A stretch of DNA of 64,000 nucleotides, from IMG/VR virus record IMGVR_UViG_3300044535_000472, positions 32,001 through 96,000 of that record; one strand, given 5' to 3'. A program made the translations under genes and the position numbers. The notes under the pieces are model-generated. The model was not told the origin of the DNA and searched no databases. It worked only from the letters and a program-made list of their open reading frames with translations. Each line of letters begins with the position of its first letter. Positions within the stretch are counted from its first letter, which is position 1. Of this stretch, positions 47,401 to 57,491 are shown one piece after another. This DNA is from a virus.

Positions 47401-49790
47401 GGTTCACTATCCCAATATTTATTAGGTGTGCTACCCTCTAAGCCACTTATTGCTCCACCACTTATTGGACTTTGAGTTCCAGCACCCCCTACAACCCACG
47501 TACCTCCACCACCACTTAATGCATTACCATCAATAGATTCATTATATTGACCTAACCATAGTTCTTTAGGACCTTGTTGCGATCTTGTTTTGCGACCTCT
47601 AGCTTTTATCATAGCTTCTGCCATACCTATAACAACTGCTACTGAAAAAGCTAAATCTGTAATAAGCTTGTGACGAGGATGTTCAGGTACTTCACTAAAT
47701 GCACCATTAACATTATTTGTATATCCTCTTTGTCCATATAAAACAACTTCTTGAGGTGTAAGATATGGCGATATTACTTGTGTATCAGGTGAGTGAAATG
47801 TAAATATATCTCTAAATACTTTACTAGGTGGTGGATAAAGTTGTCCATTATCGCTAGGTCCACCTGGTATGTCTTTAGTAGATAAAGATGGGTCAGGTTG
47901 TAAAGAATTATAAGGATAGTTTTGATAAAGAATTTCATCAGCACCATCTTTATCTTCCTTATAAGATCTTACATTGTTTATAATACCTTTTGCAATAACT
48001 GTTTTATTACCTTGACGAGAAGATCTTAAAATCTCATAGCCTACAATACCAGGTATAACATTACCTTGATTATCTAATGGTGGTAAGATATTATCAAACT
48101 CTACTCCTAGTACACGTATTCTAGCAGGTGAATTGTCAGCATTACTTACGATATGATTAGATGCGTCATTATATGATACAGAACCATTGCTATTATAAAA
48201 TATAATATCAGCTGGCATTTTATGATGACGTAGTGCTTTACCACATAAATCATAATCACTATTAAGATTAGTGTTTGGGTATGGGTAGGAGGCTGGTGCT
48301 GTCCAGGGGTGATCCGCGTTATTAGCATCCCAAACAACAGGTTGATTATTTGGATAAATCTCAGTTGATTGCCAGTAACCCATTCTCCCCTTAGCTGTTA
48401 TAATACCACCATCATCTTGAGTTATAGATAATCCAGGATCGGTAATAAACGCTGTATTGTATACTTGCCAAACTGCAGTTTCATTATTTATAACATCATT
48501 AGTTATAGAAGGTTGTGCTGTTTCCCAGCCATACGCTGGACGTCCTGGTATATGATATGACGATGATGTATCTCCTGTATTATAAACCCAGCGAATAAAA
48601 AACGCATAGATTTCATCACGCATATAACCATTAACATTACCACCTTTAAAATAGTAATCTGCAGGATATTCTGTAACTACCCATTTAGCAGATATCTGAT
48701 TTGCTAAAGGTTGATAGTTAAAACTAAATCTAGACTTAGGTGATGTTCTAATTAAATAATCATTTATTGAAAAAATACCCTCAGAAGTTTCTGTTATAGC
48801 ATTTCTTACTACTAATGATGGTAAAGGTACATCTTGTAATGTATCCGGTATTTCAGGAATTTCAACAGTTCTTGAGTTTGTGCTATATAATCCAATGCGC
48901 TTAGCAACAGTTTGTTGATTAACAAACTTTACTATTACAAGCTCAAACTGATCATATAAATCAGTTTCCATATCATTGATTACTAGCTGTAAACCTTCGC
49001 TAATATTATCATGATTAAACAAAGATTGAATATTGCTAGGTGGATAATAGTCGGTTACACGTTCTCCATTTAAAGCATATGCTACAAATGCAAAGTATGA
49101 ACCATTAAGTAAAGTACCTCCTGATAAACTTTTAGTAAGCTCAATACATGGTGTCTTAACAATCTTAGCTATTCTAATTTTTTCACAATCTAGCTGTAAT
49201 GGATATATTGGTTTACAATCTTCACATGGTCCTGAATTTACATCTTGTGTAATATAAGGAACACCAGGCCAAGGTTGTTCAAATGGTGCTACTCTAATAT
49301 CTCCAATGTTTAAAGTTCTATCTGGATTATTACCATCTACAAAATATACTTGAAAAGAGCAATCATAGTTTTGCTTTGCCTCACCAATTACAATATTATA
49401 TTTTGTAAAATTTAAACAAGGATCATTAACAATAGTATGATATGAACAAGTATTTGCCATGAATAATCCAACTTCTGAATTACCATTTTCTCCTGACGTA
49501 ATAACCCACTTATCATCATAAACATGTATAGCACCATTTATTTGATATGGTGCTGTTGTTTGAGCTCCGGGAGGAACACATAAGGTATTAGAAGGTTCAT
49601 TACCTAAAACACCTACATTACCATCTGTTGAATTATTTACAGCATTACGCGCATGTGACCAGCACGACTCTGGAAAATAAACATCATCGTAATCTTTTAC
49701 TAAACCTTTTGAAAAAGTGTCACTTTGTGTAGTAATCATTGTGGTAATACCACTTCCTTTGCCACTTTTACCAGATACTTTCTTAGCCAT
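44445..49790 (-). CDS. tail stabilisation / muzzle protein of crAss-like type (1781 aa)
   Basis: N-terminal DTFSKGLVKD..PESCWSHARN and C-terminal WTVSYDP..FISFHDWHP are typical of this family; lies between the ring and cargo genes. Confidence 0.7.
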   Translation of the reverse strand: MAKKVSGKSGKGSGITTMITTQSDTFSKGLVKDYDDVYFPESCWSHARNAVNNSTDGNVGVLGNEPSNTLCVPPGAQTTAPYQINGAIHVYDDKWVITSGENGNSEVGLFMANTCSYHTIVNDPCLNFTKYNIVIGEAKQNYDCSFQVYFVDGNNPDRTLNIGDIRVAPFEQPWPGVPYITQDVNSGPCEDCKPIYPLQLDCEKIRIAKIVKTPCIELTKSLSGGTLLNGSYFAFVAYALNGERVTDYYPPSNIQSLFNHDNISEGLQLVINDMETDLYDQFELVIVKFVNQQTVAKRIGLYSTNSRTVEIPEIPDTLQDVPLPSLVVRNAITETSEGIFSINDYLIRTSPKSRFSFNYQPLANQISAKWVVTEYPADYYFKGGNVNGYMRDEIYAFFIRWVYNTGDTSSSYHIPGRPAYGWETAQPSITNDVINNETAVWQVYNTAFITDPGLSITQDDGGIITAKGRMGYWQSTEIYPNNQPVVWDANNADHPWTAPASYPYPNTNLNSDYDLCGKALRHHKMPADIIFYNSNGSVSYNDASNHIVSNADNSPARIRVLGVEFDNILPPLDNQGNVIPGIVGYEILRSSRQGNKTVIAKGIINNVRSYKEDKDGADEILYQNYPYNSLQPDPSLSTKDIPGGPSDNGQLYPPPSKVFRDIFTFHSPDTQVISPYLTPQEVVLYGQRGYTNNVNGAFSEVPEHPRHKLITDLAFSVAVVIGMAEAMIKARGRKTRSQQGPKELWLGQYNESIDGNALSGGGGTWVVGGAGTQSPISGGAISGLEGSTPNKYWDSEPIPDSAKFEVPLYVDGQIQGPGSDNTVESGINDSNNLFSLGGNNQAWNAILGFGQNYDVTGFYHTLSDNQFYKDSKVKIGFSENLDLELSGQQMLDPGIASSYGIVSFMSYWGMGLSNFVELIKASTKYRQYAYRYLSHGDLTNNTIGNVQIGNHRRKVERSYYLDNLLQTFPASDSTQVSYRVNNLYRGRAVMFEASNNIADPSIVDNSLTTIGVQFDIDNDTTAGLTANEYDFLDIVKQDFDTTASSYYAGFKIRRPNLYGQIDSILQVPSGCRTIVKPIDGNFGSCSNTTFLTLTQNDKGKKVPGSIVYGGDVYIGRYTEKNTFFYFRDWLYGQPDGTQFDYGLHYMISYPRYWANLSEYDAMGALGSMVGDLLSLGSVSSNTWDIPSNYHHLDRRNYSPSGSLGGGGTNFNVSFRFGVKNAFFYLFQSGVRDFFVETELNISYRDWGNQDDQRFYDPYRYADTEALFEPSIIKAGNFFKYDMSLGISKTYHDLISWGNVQPISYNPYVAEKCFTYYPNRLIYSLPQSLEAIRDYWQVFLAFNYKDFRSKVISVKPYDQSGVIIFTEKDSPVMTRTVENLELDLGTKLNIGDGSLFSQPLQSFSNADAAYQYASVQDPLSVVNTPLGLYYVAQSQGKIFGIGQSLEEISTAGLKWWFAKYLPYKLLEDFPDFELVRNPIAGIGCQASFDNKNQIVYFTKRDFKLRIDAPSGLVYDKKDIFNKVINGQVTSITVALGDPLYFEDASWTVSYDPKAKAFISFHDWHPDLIMPSKMSILTTKGPNIWKHNESTSSYTNFYGVDYPFEVEEVVSNGQTVTSIKSMEYILEAYVYSQDGYDRFHVLDYNFNKAIVYNSEQVSGELRLNLHPKNNPVLAMQYPTYTPTYVDILYSKEENKYRFNQFVDLTRDRGEYTGFVTQMWDTQANGYISLLNPNNINYSKPAFQRKKFRHYVNRLKLIRENAPGQNNTKMLYKINNMKQTLSPR

Positions 49791-49792
49791 AT

Positions 49793-50704
49793 TTAGACAG
49801 CATTATTTGTTCTATAATTTGGTGCAAATGGAAAATAAGACTTGAACATATCATAATATTTACCATACATGGCTTTACGGTTCATAGCCCATAGTTTTTC
49901 CATTTCGGAGAAGTTAGGAGTATTAACAATAGTAAGTGCATTGTTTCTAGCAGCTCTATACTCTTGTGATACAAGTTGATATTGTGCTGCTACATTTTCT
50001 CCATCCATTACTAAGTTTTCAAGTATACGTTTTTTAATAGCATACTCATAATACTCATTAAGCATTGGATGATCTGGTATTAATAGGTCACCATTTTCAT
50101 CCGTAAATGTTCCTTGATAGTTGATATAAACTGAAGCAGTTTCTAATGTTGTATACAACCAACCATCTTTAATCCAAGCTTCATCAACATGTGAGTGAAA
50201 AAGATTTGGCCAATTGCAATCTACATATTTAGAATTTCTAAATCTTAAAGGAAAAAAGTTTTTGTACGCTCTTCTTTCAGTATTTACTACTTGAATAATT
50301 TGATACTCTGAAGTTTTTTCACATTTGCTAAAACATACCGGTTGTTGTGGTAATGAATCATTAGTGCAATATGCTTGTTCTACCCAAGGTCTCCATGTTG
50401 GCGTAACATCTTGAACGTTAGTACCTTGCGCAGGTACAACTAAATCATACCCTTGTGATACAGCAAGAGCATAGTTCATCACATAGAAATCTTCTGGTAA
50501 ACGTACTCTACCTTTTTCAACCTCAAGAATAGTTTCTTTAGTCATGTTAATTCTAAGACCTAAATCATAGTTTACACGCATTGCAACTTTGATAAGTTGC
50601 GCAGGGTCAATTCTGTTTTCTAGTGTAAGAGTTCTAAGATCTATCTTAACATCTTCAAGAAGAGACTCAAAGGTTCTATATTTAAGGGTGTAGTTGTAAT
50701 TCAT
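49793..50704 (-). CDS. tail ring / head-tail adaptor protein (303 aa)
   Basis: Size and synteny (immediately before the muzzle gene); GRVRLPEDF and YQGTFTDENGDLLIPDHP segments. Confidence 0.55.
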   Translation of the reverse strand: MNYNYTLKYRTFESLLEDVKIDLRTLTLENRIDPAQLIKVAMRVNYDLGLRINMTKETILEVEKGRVRLPEDFYVMNYALAVSQGYDLVVPAQGTNVQDVTPTWRPWVEQAYCTNDSLPQQPVCFSKCEKTSEYQIIQVVNTERRAYKNFFPLRFRNSKYVDCNWPNLFHSHVDEAWIKDGWLYTTLETASVYINYQGTFTDENGDLLIPDHPMLNEYYEYAIKKRILENLVMDGENVAAQYQLVSQEYRAARNNALTIVNTPNFSEMEKLWAMNRKAMYGKYYDMFKSYFPFAPNYRTNNAV

Positions 50705-51378
50705 TATGGTCTAAGTATACTTTGTTTATCATCAATTGCGGTATCTGAGGGAATAGCCATGCTAAACTTAAGATCATTATACACCTGGGCTTCAATTTGG
50801 CTAAATAAATAATCCGGTACGATAAGAGGCTGATCTTGTCTTTTAATACAATCTGGTTGAGTATCACATGTATATGGAGAAAGATCCTGCTCAAAGATAC
50901 CCTCTACAGATACTGCCTCCCAATCCACATTAGGAAAATACAAGTACCCATTCAAATACCAATAATACTTTTGTTTATTGTATTTGTAGCCTGATGTTTT
51001 AGCCATAGAGTTATATAAGGCTGGCTCTGTTTTATATACTTGAGTAGAATCATCTACTGAAGCTACAGTTCTAAATAATGGTCCATATGAGCTATCCATT
51101 ACTCCGGGAATTTTATCTCTAGTGCGCTTTACCATGATGTTTGATTTAACATCGCAGCATGCCTCAACTTTATCTACCTCAATAAGGTCAACGCATGGAA
51201 GCCTCCTAAAGAAACTATTAAACCTTAATATCTCATTAAGGCTATCTTGCTTCTTAATAAAGAACTTTGCATGTTTCATTATTAAGCTAAATATGTATCT
51301 ATCTGTAAGAAAGGCGTCCTCAGTTGAGCCCTTTACTATATTTCTAACTCTAGATACTGCTTCTCCTATTGTAGTCAT
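50704..51378 (-). CDS. tail ring / adaptor protein (224 aa)
   Basis: MTTIGEAVSRVRN..D..LTDRYI N-terminal helix, YWYLNGYLYFP and V.VEGIFE, typical of tubular ring proteins; synteny. Confidence 0.55.
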   Translation of the reverse strand: MTTIGEAVSRVRNIVKGSTEDAFLTDRYIFSLIMKHAKFFIKKQDSLNEILRFNSFFRRLPCVDLIEVDKVEACCDVKSNIMVKRTRDKIPGVMDSSYGPLFRTVASVDDSTQVYKTEPALYNSMAKTSGYKYNKQKYYWYLNGYLYFPNVDWEAVSVEGIFEQDLSPYTCDTQPDCIKRQDQPLIVPDYLFSQIEAQVYNDLKFSMAIPSDTAIDDKQSILRP

Positions 51379-51383
51379 ATCTT

Positions 51384-51974
51384 TTAAAATTCAAATTCAT
51401 TATATACTGAAAGTAAAAAATCATCATCCGGCATATGCAGGTTATAATCAATATACTTTTTAGGATTAAAGTATAGTTGAGATACGGGTTTTGTTTTATC
51501 TATACTTAAGTACATCTTCCATTTCTCAGGATATACTTTAGCAAACTCACGTTTAAATTGCCGTACTGGATTAAACGCCCATATTTCTCTATCTTTAATC
51601 TTATACTTACTATTATAGTTTGAGAAAAATATTTTACCTATAGTACCATCTGTTTCCCAGTTCATTGTACTCACTTTGTAACCACACTCAAAAGACTTCT
51701 TATAGTCTACAACCTGCTTTTTTCTTGCAGGACACGCGCCAATAAATACATATCCTAACCCTTCTGGTAACTCAATACCATCTCGTGTATTGATTACCGT
51801 TCTCCATATCTTCTCACAATGTGTTGCTATAACGTTTTTAAACGTTATATAATCCACATCATCATAACCTTTATGCTTTTCTTTAAAAGCATTTAATGTT
51901 GCTGCCGTTACTGTTTTAGTAACAGGCTTTCTAAATCTTGGCGCCTTTAAGTCTGGTTTTCTTATAGGTTGCAT
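51384..51974 (-). CDS. IHF/HU-like DNA-binding protein (196 aa)
   Basis: Helical N-terminal part followed by GIELPEGLGYVFIG (HU/IHF-type hairpin); crAss-like tail modules carry an IHF-like gene at this position. Confidence 0.55.
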   Translation of the reverse strand: MQPIRKPDLKAPRFRKPVTKTVTAATLNAFKEKHKGYDDVDYITFKNVIATHCEKIWRTVINTRDGIELPEGLGYVFIGACPARKKQVVDYKKSFECGYKVSTMNWETDGTIGKIFFSNYNSKYKIKDREIWAFNPVRQFKREFAKVYPEKWKMYLSIDKTKPVSQLYFNPKKYIDYNLHMPDDDFLLSVYNEFEF

Positions 51975-52051
51975 ATTCTCCTATTATAATTTACAAAATT
52001 TCTTCCAGCTTTAAAAGTAATACTTAATGTGTTGAGAAACAAATATTAGTG

Positions 52052-52080
52052 AAAAACCCCCAAGCCATTGCCTGAGGGTC
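52052..52080 (-). terminator. intrinsic terminator after the FN3 gene
   Basis: Minus strand ACCCTCAGG-CAATGG-CTTGGGGGT stem-loop (G-U pairs) followed by TTTTC, ~40 nt after the stop at 52119. Confidence 0.65.
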
Positions 52081-52118
52081 TCTCTTGTTAGTCACGCTAA
52101 ACCAACAAACGTGGACTA

Positions 52119-52661
52119 TTATGCTGTTAATGTCTTTATCATGATAAGAGAACTGATAGAACTGTTTATACCACAAGTTGTTCTTACTCTAAAATAATAG
52201 TTAGTATTAGGATTCAAAAGAGTAAGTGTATAGGTAGGGGTTGTTAAAGTAGATGATGTTGTATAGGATCCTGGTACAGTTCCATAATCTACAGTGTAAC
52301 TAGTCGCACCAGTATCTTCCCAGTTAAGTATAATAGCTGTTGTACCTATATAACTAGGGTGAACATTAATGGGAGGAAGACAAGCTGTATTCAAGTCTTC
52401 AACTGACATTGCCTGGTAAGCATTTTCTAATGATGCTCCTGCTGGTAATGCTGGATAAGAATCGCCACCTGCTAATAATGCTCCAAAGTTAATGATGCTA
52501 TAGTTACCATGTTTTACACAAGTATCTTGGATAGTCTCATAGCACGGAGTTGGATCCGGGCAAGTTATATCAGGAGGACATGTGTATACAGGTGCAGTTG
52601 TAAGGGGGAGATCCTTACAACCGCACTTATTATCTGAACAATTACAAGTTTTGCAAGCCAT
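52119..52661 (-). CDS. Cys-rich N-terminus + fibronectin type III domain protein (180 aa), virion decoration/fibre
   Basis: CLPPINV..IILNWEDTGATSYTVDYG..YTLTLLNPNTNYYFRVRTTC is a canonical FN3 pattern; N-terminus MACKTCNCSDNKCGC. Confidence 0.75.
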   Translation of the reverse strand: MACKTCNCSDNKCGCKDLPLTTAPVYTCPPDITCPDPTPCYETIQDTCVKHGNYSIINFGALLAGGDSYPALPAGASLENAYQAMSVEDLNTACLPPINVHPSYIGTTAIILNWEDTGATSYTVDYGTVPGSYTTSSTLTTPTYTLTLLNPNTNYYFRVRTTCGINSSISSLIMIKTLTA

Positions 52662-52671
52662 GTTTTATATT

Positions 52672-54183
52672 TTATAAGGTTGTACCAGGATAATATGGTC
52701 CAGTTTCGCTAGATGAACCAGCTACCATTGTCATTCTAGTTTGATATGTAGTTGCGGTAGTTAAGCTACCAAATGTATAGTTATATGCTATACCTGTAGC
52801 AGGATTGTTAATTACAGTACTAGCTATAATTCCAGTAGTTGTATTATTCCATAACTCCAAGTAATAAGTTACAGGGCCTATGTACGTTGGAGTAAATGTA
52901 GCTCTGAGTTGTGTAGTTGATACTGGAGTAATAGTTAATGCTGGAACAGCATCGCCTGCTACAAACTCTGTAAAGGTTAGTTCACATTTTTGATTAGTTG
53001 TAGTACTTAAATTTAAATTTCCTGTGATAATTTGATATGCATATGCACCTACACAACCTGTATTAAATGTACCAGGTGCTTCTACTGAAAAATCAATAGT
53101 TATACTAGTTCCAATTACAGCACATAATGTAGTGCCTATATTATAATCAAAATAAATTCCATTACAGTCTGTAATTCTTATTAAAGCATTACCTGAGCAT
53201 GTAACACCTGCGGGAATACTACCTTGAAAATCTACTGTTAATGTTGTAGTTCCCGGATCATATGATGAGTTAGCAAGACTTAACATAACTTGATTACACT
53301 CATTACAGCAGTTTGTAACAACGTTATTTAATGCAGCACGCATATCACATACAGTAATCCATAAGTTTTGTACCGCTGCTGATAATGTATTAAAGTTACC
53401 ACTTGATGCAGTAACCCAACCCGGGATAAGACCCATAGCAGCATATGGTTGTGATAATGGCGCTGCACTTTCTAAACCTTCACATTGTTTAGCTAGTACA
53501 TCATTAACAACAGTTTGTGCGATTGCACCATCACCTACTACAGCTGTTTTAAGATCACATAATTCAGCTTCCATTGCTTCTACAAATGTTACAATAGGAA
53601 TATCTGTAGATGGCGAGAGGCAACTTGTTGGAACAGTGATTTCGCCGCTATCTGGTGTACAAGGTAATACACAATTTTCAAGAGTTTGTACGCGACTTTG
53701 TAATGATAATATATCTGATTGCACCGCTGCTAAAGCATCTGCAATTTCACAAACTCTAATACCAATAGCTGTTGCATATTCAGTAAGGGTCATTGTTGTT
53801 ACTTGCTGACCAAATTGGTTTGGATAATAGAAGCAAGGAGCAATAGATACAATACAATTATCAGGGCATACCGGCACATCTGGCGTAGTACCTCCTGAAG
53901 CATTTTGCAATTCACAAAGTTTATCTATAATAAACTGAATAAGATCATGAATACTTTCAGGCTTAGGGCAGATCGGTGGAAAACATGATACATCAAAACC
54001 AGCAATGTCTAGTTGGTCTATTAATGTACAAAGCTCTGTTGCTACCTTGTAAGTAACATCAGAAATGCTATCCCCTTTGCATAATGTAATGCATGGAATA
54101 TCTGGTCCCTGCCAGATTACGCAGTTACTTGAAACAGGATTACATCCTGCCTGTGTATTTGTTGGTTGAATCGGTGTTGCCAT
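52672..54183 (-). CDS. Cys-rich tail fibre-like protein with a coiled-coil segment and a C-terminal FN3-like domain (503 aa)
   Basis: GCNPVSSNCVIWQGPDIPC; heptad segment LAAVQSDILSLQSRVQTLE; C-terminal YTFGSLTTATTYQTRM. Confidence 0.55.
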   Translation of the reverse strand: MATPIQPTNTQAGCNPVSSNCVIWQGPDIPCITLCKGDSISDVTYKVATELCTLIDQLDIAGFDVSCFPPICPKPESIHDLIQFIIDKLCELQNASGGTTPDVPVCPDNCIVSIAPCFYYPNQFGQQVTTMTLTEYATAIGIRVCEIADALAAVQSDILSLQSRVQTLENCVLPCTPDSGEITVPTSCLSPSTDIPIVTFVEAMEAELCDLKTAVVGDGAIAQTVVNDVLAKQCEGLESAAPLSQPYAAMGLIPGWVTASSGNFNTLSAAVQNLWITVCDMRAALNNVVTNCCNECNQVMLSLANSSYDPGTTTLTVDFQGSIPAGVTCSGNALIRITDCNGIYFDYNIGTTLCAVIGTSITIDFSVEAPGTFNTGCVGAYAYQIITGNLNLSTTTNQKCELTFTEFVAGDAVPALTITPVSTTQLRATFTPTYIGPVTYYLELWNNTTTGIIASTVINNPATGIAYNYTFGSLTTATTYQTRMTMVAGSSSETGPYYPGTTL

Positions 54184-54212
54184 TATATATAATTTACAAA
54201 AAAATTTACGTT

Positions 54213-55535
54213 TTAACTAGGTTCTGGGCAAATAATTGGAGTAGGCTCAGCAGTAATTTGTCCACATGCTGGTGTATAATACGTTGCCGCTAAGTCAGCT
54301 AATTCTTTTTTAATAAGTATTTTTTCGGTGTTAATATCGCACTCGCTATTAATACCGTACTTTAAGTTCTTAAACATTTTATAGTAAGCATTTGCAAACT
54401 GTGTATTAGTTCTAATATCACATTGCGAAGGCATCTTATAAAATACTCTATTTGGAGCAGGTATAATCCTGGTATATTTAGGTGGTTCTGGACCAAGGCA
54501 ACATAAGCAGTCATCATAGCCGGTTATTAAAGTAACTTCTTCAGTAGTTACACAATCTTCACCTAAACTTACTTGCCAGCATCCAGCATACTCTTGAATA
54601 GTAATTACAGAATTTACATAGAAAGCTAAGTTACTATTAGTAAATAACTGCTGTTGAGACTTACAATTAGTTAAAATATAGCATGGTTCTGGACAAGGTA
54701 TTGCACCTAAATCTGTAACATCTGCTAAATCAATAACTACCGAGTTTAATAAACAAGGTGCAGAATCTAAACAAGGATCAACGACTTCTTCACCTATACA
54801 GCAAATACTATCTACTAAATATGTTCCTGGATATTCAGGTAAATCTATAGTAATTGTATTACCCACATAAGAATCCCAAGTAGTATACTCAGGAGATGTA
54901 TCTTCTCCAATATAAACAGTAATTGGATTACCTCCATCGCATGGTAATAATACAGCACAACATGTTGGATCTGCTGGTGGGGCTGGTTCAAAACAAGGAC
55001 CTTGTCCTAAGTTTTCATCAACAGTAGGTGGTATTACAAGTAATGATTGATCTATACCGCATAAAGTGGCTGCAGGAACGCTACAACATACATCACTTAA
55101 ATAGTATGTTCCAGAATAACCAGGTGTTGAAAATGTAAGTAACTGACCTTCTAGTGGTAACCATTCTAAATGTATAAACTGATTTTCTGTACCTAATCTT
55201 AAATATATAGGTTCCCCACCATTACATGGTATTAAAGTACCAACACAACTATTAATTACGCAAGGTCCTGATATAACTGTTATATCATCTGAGGATGGTG
55301 CACTTGGATAAGGTCCTGCTGGAAAACCACTTAAACATGCTAACTCACAACATATTGAACTTATGTAATACTCCGTACCTGAAACAAAAGGACTTGTTGT
55401 AGATGTAAAATGATCTCCAATTAAAGCTTCATAAAATAAAGGCACGGGAGCACCCTGTAATCCTAAATTTAAGATTATTGCATCCTCTACATCATTAGAG
55501 CCGCAGGGATATACTATTGCATAACAGATTACCAT
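54213..55535 (-). CDS. Cys-rich tandem-repeat structural protein (440 aa)
   Basis: Three repeats of C..L.PC...Y.G..h....Y.GTY....CC plus one CYxLTNC...YxGCW...CxCC unit. Confidence 0.6.
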   Translation of the reverse strand: MVICYAIVYPCGSNDVEDAIILNLGLQGAPVPLFYEALIGDHFTSTTSPFVSGTEYYISSICCELACLSGFPAGPYPSAPSSDDITVISGPCVINSCVGTLIPCNGGEPIYLRLGTENQFIHLEWLPLEGQLLTFSTPGYSGTYYLSDVCCSVPAATLCGIDQSLLVIPPTVDENLGQGPCFEPAPPADPTCCAVLLPCDGGNPITVYIGEDTSPEYTTWDSYVGNTITIDLPEYPGTYLVDSICCIGEEVVDPCLDSAPCLLNSVVIDLADVTDLGAIPCPEPCYILTNCKSQQQLFTNSNLAFYVNSVITIQEYAGCWQVSLGEDCVTTEEVTLITGYDDCLCCLGPEPPKYTRIIPAPNRVFYKMPSQCDIRTNTQFANAYYKMFKNLKYGINSECDINTEKILIKKELADLAATYYTPACGQITAEPTPIICPEPS

Positions 55536-55538
55536 ATT

Positions 55539-57338
55539 TTATACGCATTGATATTGAAAACAACATTCACAATCAGGATAACTTTGTACTATACTTACAG
55601 TAGTAAATTCTCCTACACAATTATAAGTTTCTAAAATCGTCCAACACAATCCTGGATATTCAGCTAACTCAACAACTAAACCCGCATAAGCGTTTAAGTT
55701 TTGTTGAGTCATTATAAATACCTCACCATTATTACAGTTTGTAAGTTTATAACAAGGATTAATCTGAATAGCTTCTTGACACTCTTGACAAGTTGTAAAT
55801 GAGTCTGTAATAGTTACTATACCTATTGGAGTTGAGTTAGCACAATTACTAGATACTGTAACAAATAAGCACTCCTCTAAACCTTCAAATACTATAATGC
55901 TACCTACGTATGCTGCTAGATAATCAAATCCTAAATTATTAGTGTTTACAGTTGCATATAGACTACCATCTTTACAGTTAATTAAATCATAACAGCAAGT
56001 AGTATAATTTGATGTTGAGCATTCACACTCACCAGTTGTAGTATTTAAAACGCAAGGGCTGCTACATGCAGTAGGTGTCTCAGTATTTGGACAAAGTAAA
56101 CTTTGTACTATACCATCTTTAACAGCTGCTAAAGATGTAGCATCAAATAATGACATAAAATAATCAGGTCCTCCTGCAATATTATTACTACAAAATCTAT
56201 CAGTAGACGTGTATGTACAAGACCAGTTTACACAAGGATCAAATATTCCACTAGTATTAAGATTACAAGGTGTAGTAGACCAAGCTGGATTTGTAACACC
56301 TGATGTACCACCCGTATTACCTACTAATGAATCTCTTGTTGCGTAGTATTCTAGTGTGCCAGTACCTGTAGTTTCACCAACTATCATTAGTGTTATATCA
56401 CATGCAACCGGTGTACCTGCTGATCCAGACTTTATAGTTTGAGCTAAATCCATAGCTCCTTTATAAGCTTGACATCTATACAGTTGATAGTTTGAATTGG
56501 TACAATTTATTCCACCTAATGTTGTATTAGGAACCACTGTACCATTGTATGTGCCAGAATAAGCCCAACTTGGAAAACCATCTGTAATAAATAAAATTCT
56601 TCTTGCTACAGTAGGATCTGAGTTTCTATTATTTGGACCAGTGATATTATCATAGCCTACAGATAATCCGCTAACTGTATTTGTACTTCCTGAAGAATAT
56701 ACAACAAAATTAGATATAGCTTGTTTTATTGATCCACCTGCAGAACCACTTGCCCATGCCGTTGACCCACCTGATAAGTCTAAAATATTTTGGCCACCTG
56801 TTAATTCAAGTGCATTGTTAAATCTTACAATACCAATTTGAACATCACCACTAACTATTCTATCTTCACCATTGGTTCCATTAATGTCATCAACTAATGT
56901 TACCAAAAAAGCTTTTAAGTTATCTAGTTCTGTTTGACTTATAGAAGATGATGCGTCAACAACTAGTGTTAAATCCATTTTACAATTAGCTGGTGCACCA
57001 ACACATAATCCAGATGCAGCATTATAAGTATAACCTTCTGGGCATACGGGTGTTGAGCTTTCACATAATTGATTACTAGTATTGTAAGTATAACCTGGAG
57101 GACATCCACATTGACTAGCTAATGCATCTAAACAATCTTGGCAAATATCAAAAGACAACAATACACCTAATGTTTCAGGTGTAGGTGCGGAATCTTTAAT
57201 TACTTCCCAACAAGTATCAGGATACTGTTGAGTATAGATAAATTTACCTTCATAGGTATCTATAGTAGGCGTTAACGTGCTATTTGTATAGATATCTGGT
57301 AATAATCCCGCACAATCATGTAGTCTATACGTTGTCAT
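55539..57338 (-). CDS. vWA-domain tail/adhesin protein flanked by Cys-rich repeats (599 aa)
   Basis: MIDAS DLTLVVDASSSI, VQIGIVRF, GSTNT, RILFITDG; CPPGYTYN/CPEGYTYN mini-repeats; three CYxLxNC-type repeats. Confidence 0.8.
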   Translation of the reverse strand: MTTYRLHDCAGLLPDIYTNSTLTPTIDTYEGKFIYTQQYPDTCWEVIKDSAPTPETLGVLLSFDICQDCLDALASQCGCPPGYTYNTSNQLCESSTPVCPEGYTYNAASGLCVGAPANCKMDLTLVVDASSSISQTELDNLKAFLVTLVDDINGTNGEDRIVSGDVQIGIVRFNNALELTGGQNILDLSGGSTAWASGSAGGSIKQAISNFVVYSSGSTNTVSGLSVGYDNITGPNNRNSDPTVARRILFITDGFPSWAYSGTYNGTVVPNTTLGGINCTNSNYQLYRCQAYKGAMDLAQTIKSGSAGTPVACDITLMIVGETTGTGTLEYYATRDSLVGNTGGTSGVTNPAWSTTPCNLNTSGIFDPCVNWSCTYTSTDRFCSNNIAGGPDYFMSLFDATSLAAVKDGIVQSLLCPNTETPTACSSPCVLNTTTGECECSTSNYTTCCYDLINCKDGSLYATVNTNNLGFDYLAAYVGSIIVFEGLEECLFVTVSSNCANSTPIGIVTITDSFTTCQECQEAIQINPCYKLTNCNNGEVFIMTQQNLNAYAGLVVELAEYPGLCWTILETYNCVGEFTTVSIVQSYPDCECCFQYQCV

Positions 57339-57341
57339 TAT

Positions 57342-57470
57342 TTATTTTTTTGCTTCTTGCTTTTTTGCTTCATAGGAATGTATGCACTTTGAACATACTT
57401 GTTTTCCATCTTTACTCACTCTTTTTTGGCAGCCGCAACTTAGGGCTGCTCCACAATTTGCACATTTCAT
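57342..57470 (-). CDS. 42-aa six-Cys metal-binding mini-protein (MKCANCGAALSCGCQKRVSKDGKQVCSKCIHSYEAKKQEAKK)
   Basis: Manually translated; CxxC-CxC-CxxC pattern; preceded by the A-rich leader AAAAACCAACATATT. Confidence 0.7.
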   Translation of the reverse strand: MKCANCGAALSCGCQKRVSKDGKQVCSKCIHSYEAKKQEAKK

Positions 57471-57491
57471 AATATGTTGGTTTTTAAATTA

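Noticed and set aside
52119-57338. Diversity-generating retroelement or invertible tail-fibre cassette
   Set aside because: No reverse transcriptase or recombinase gene, and no near-identical template/variable repeat pair seen; the repeats are diverged at protein level only.
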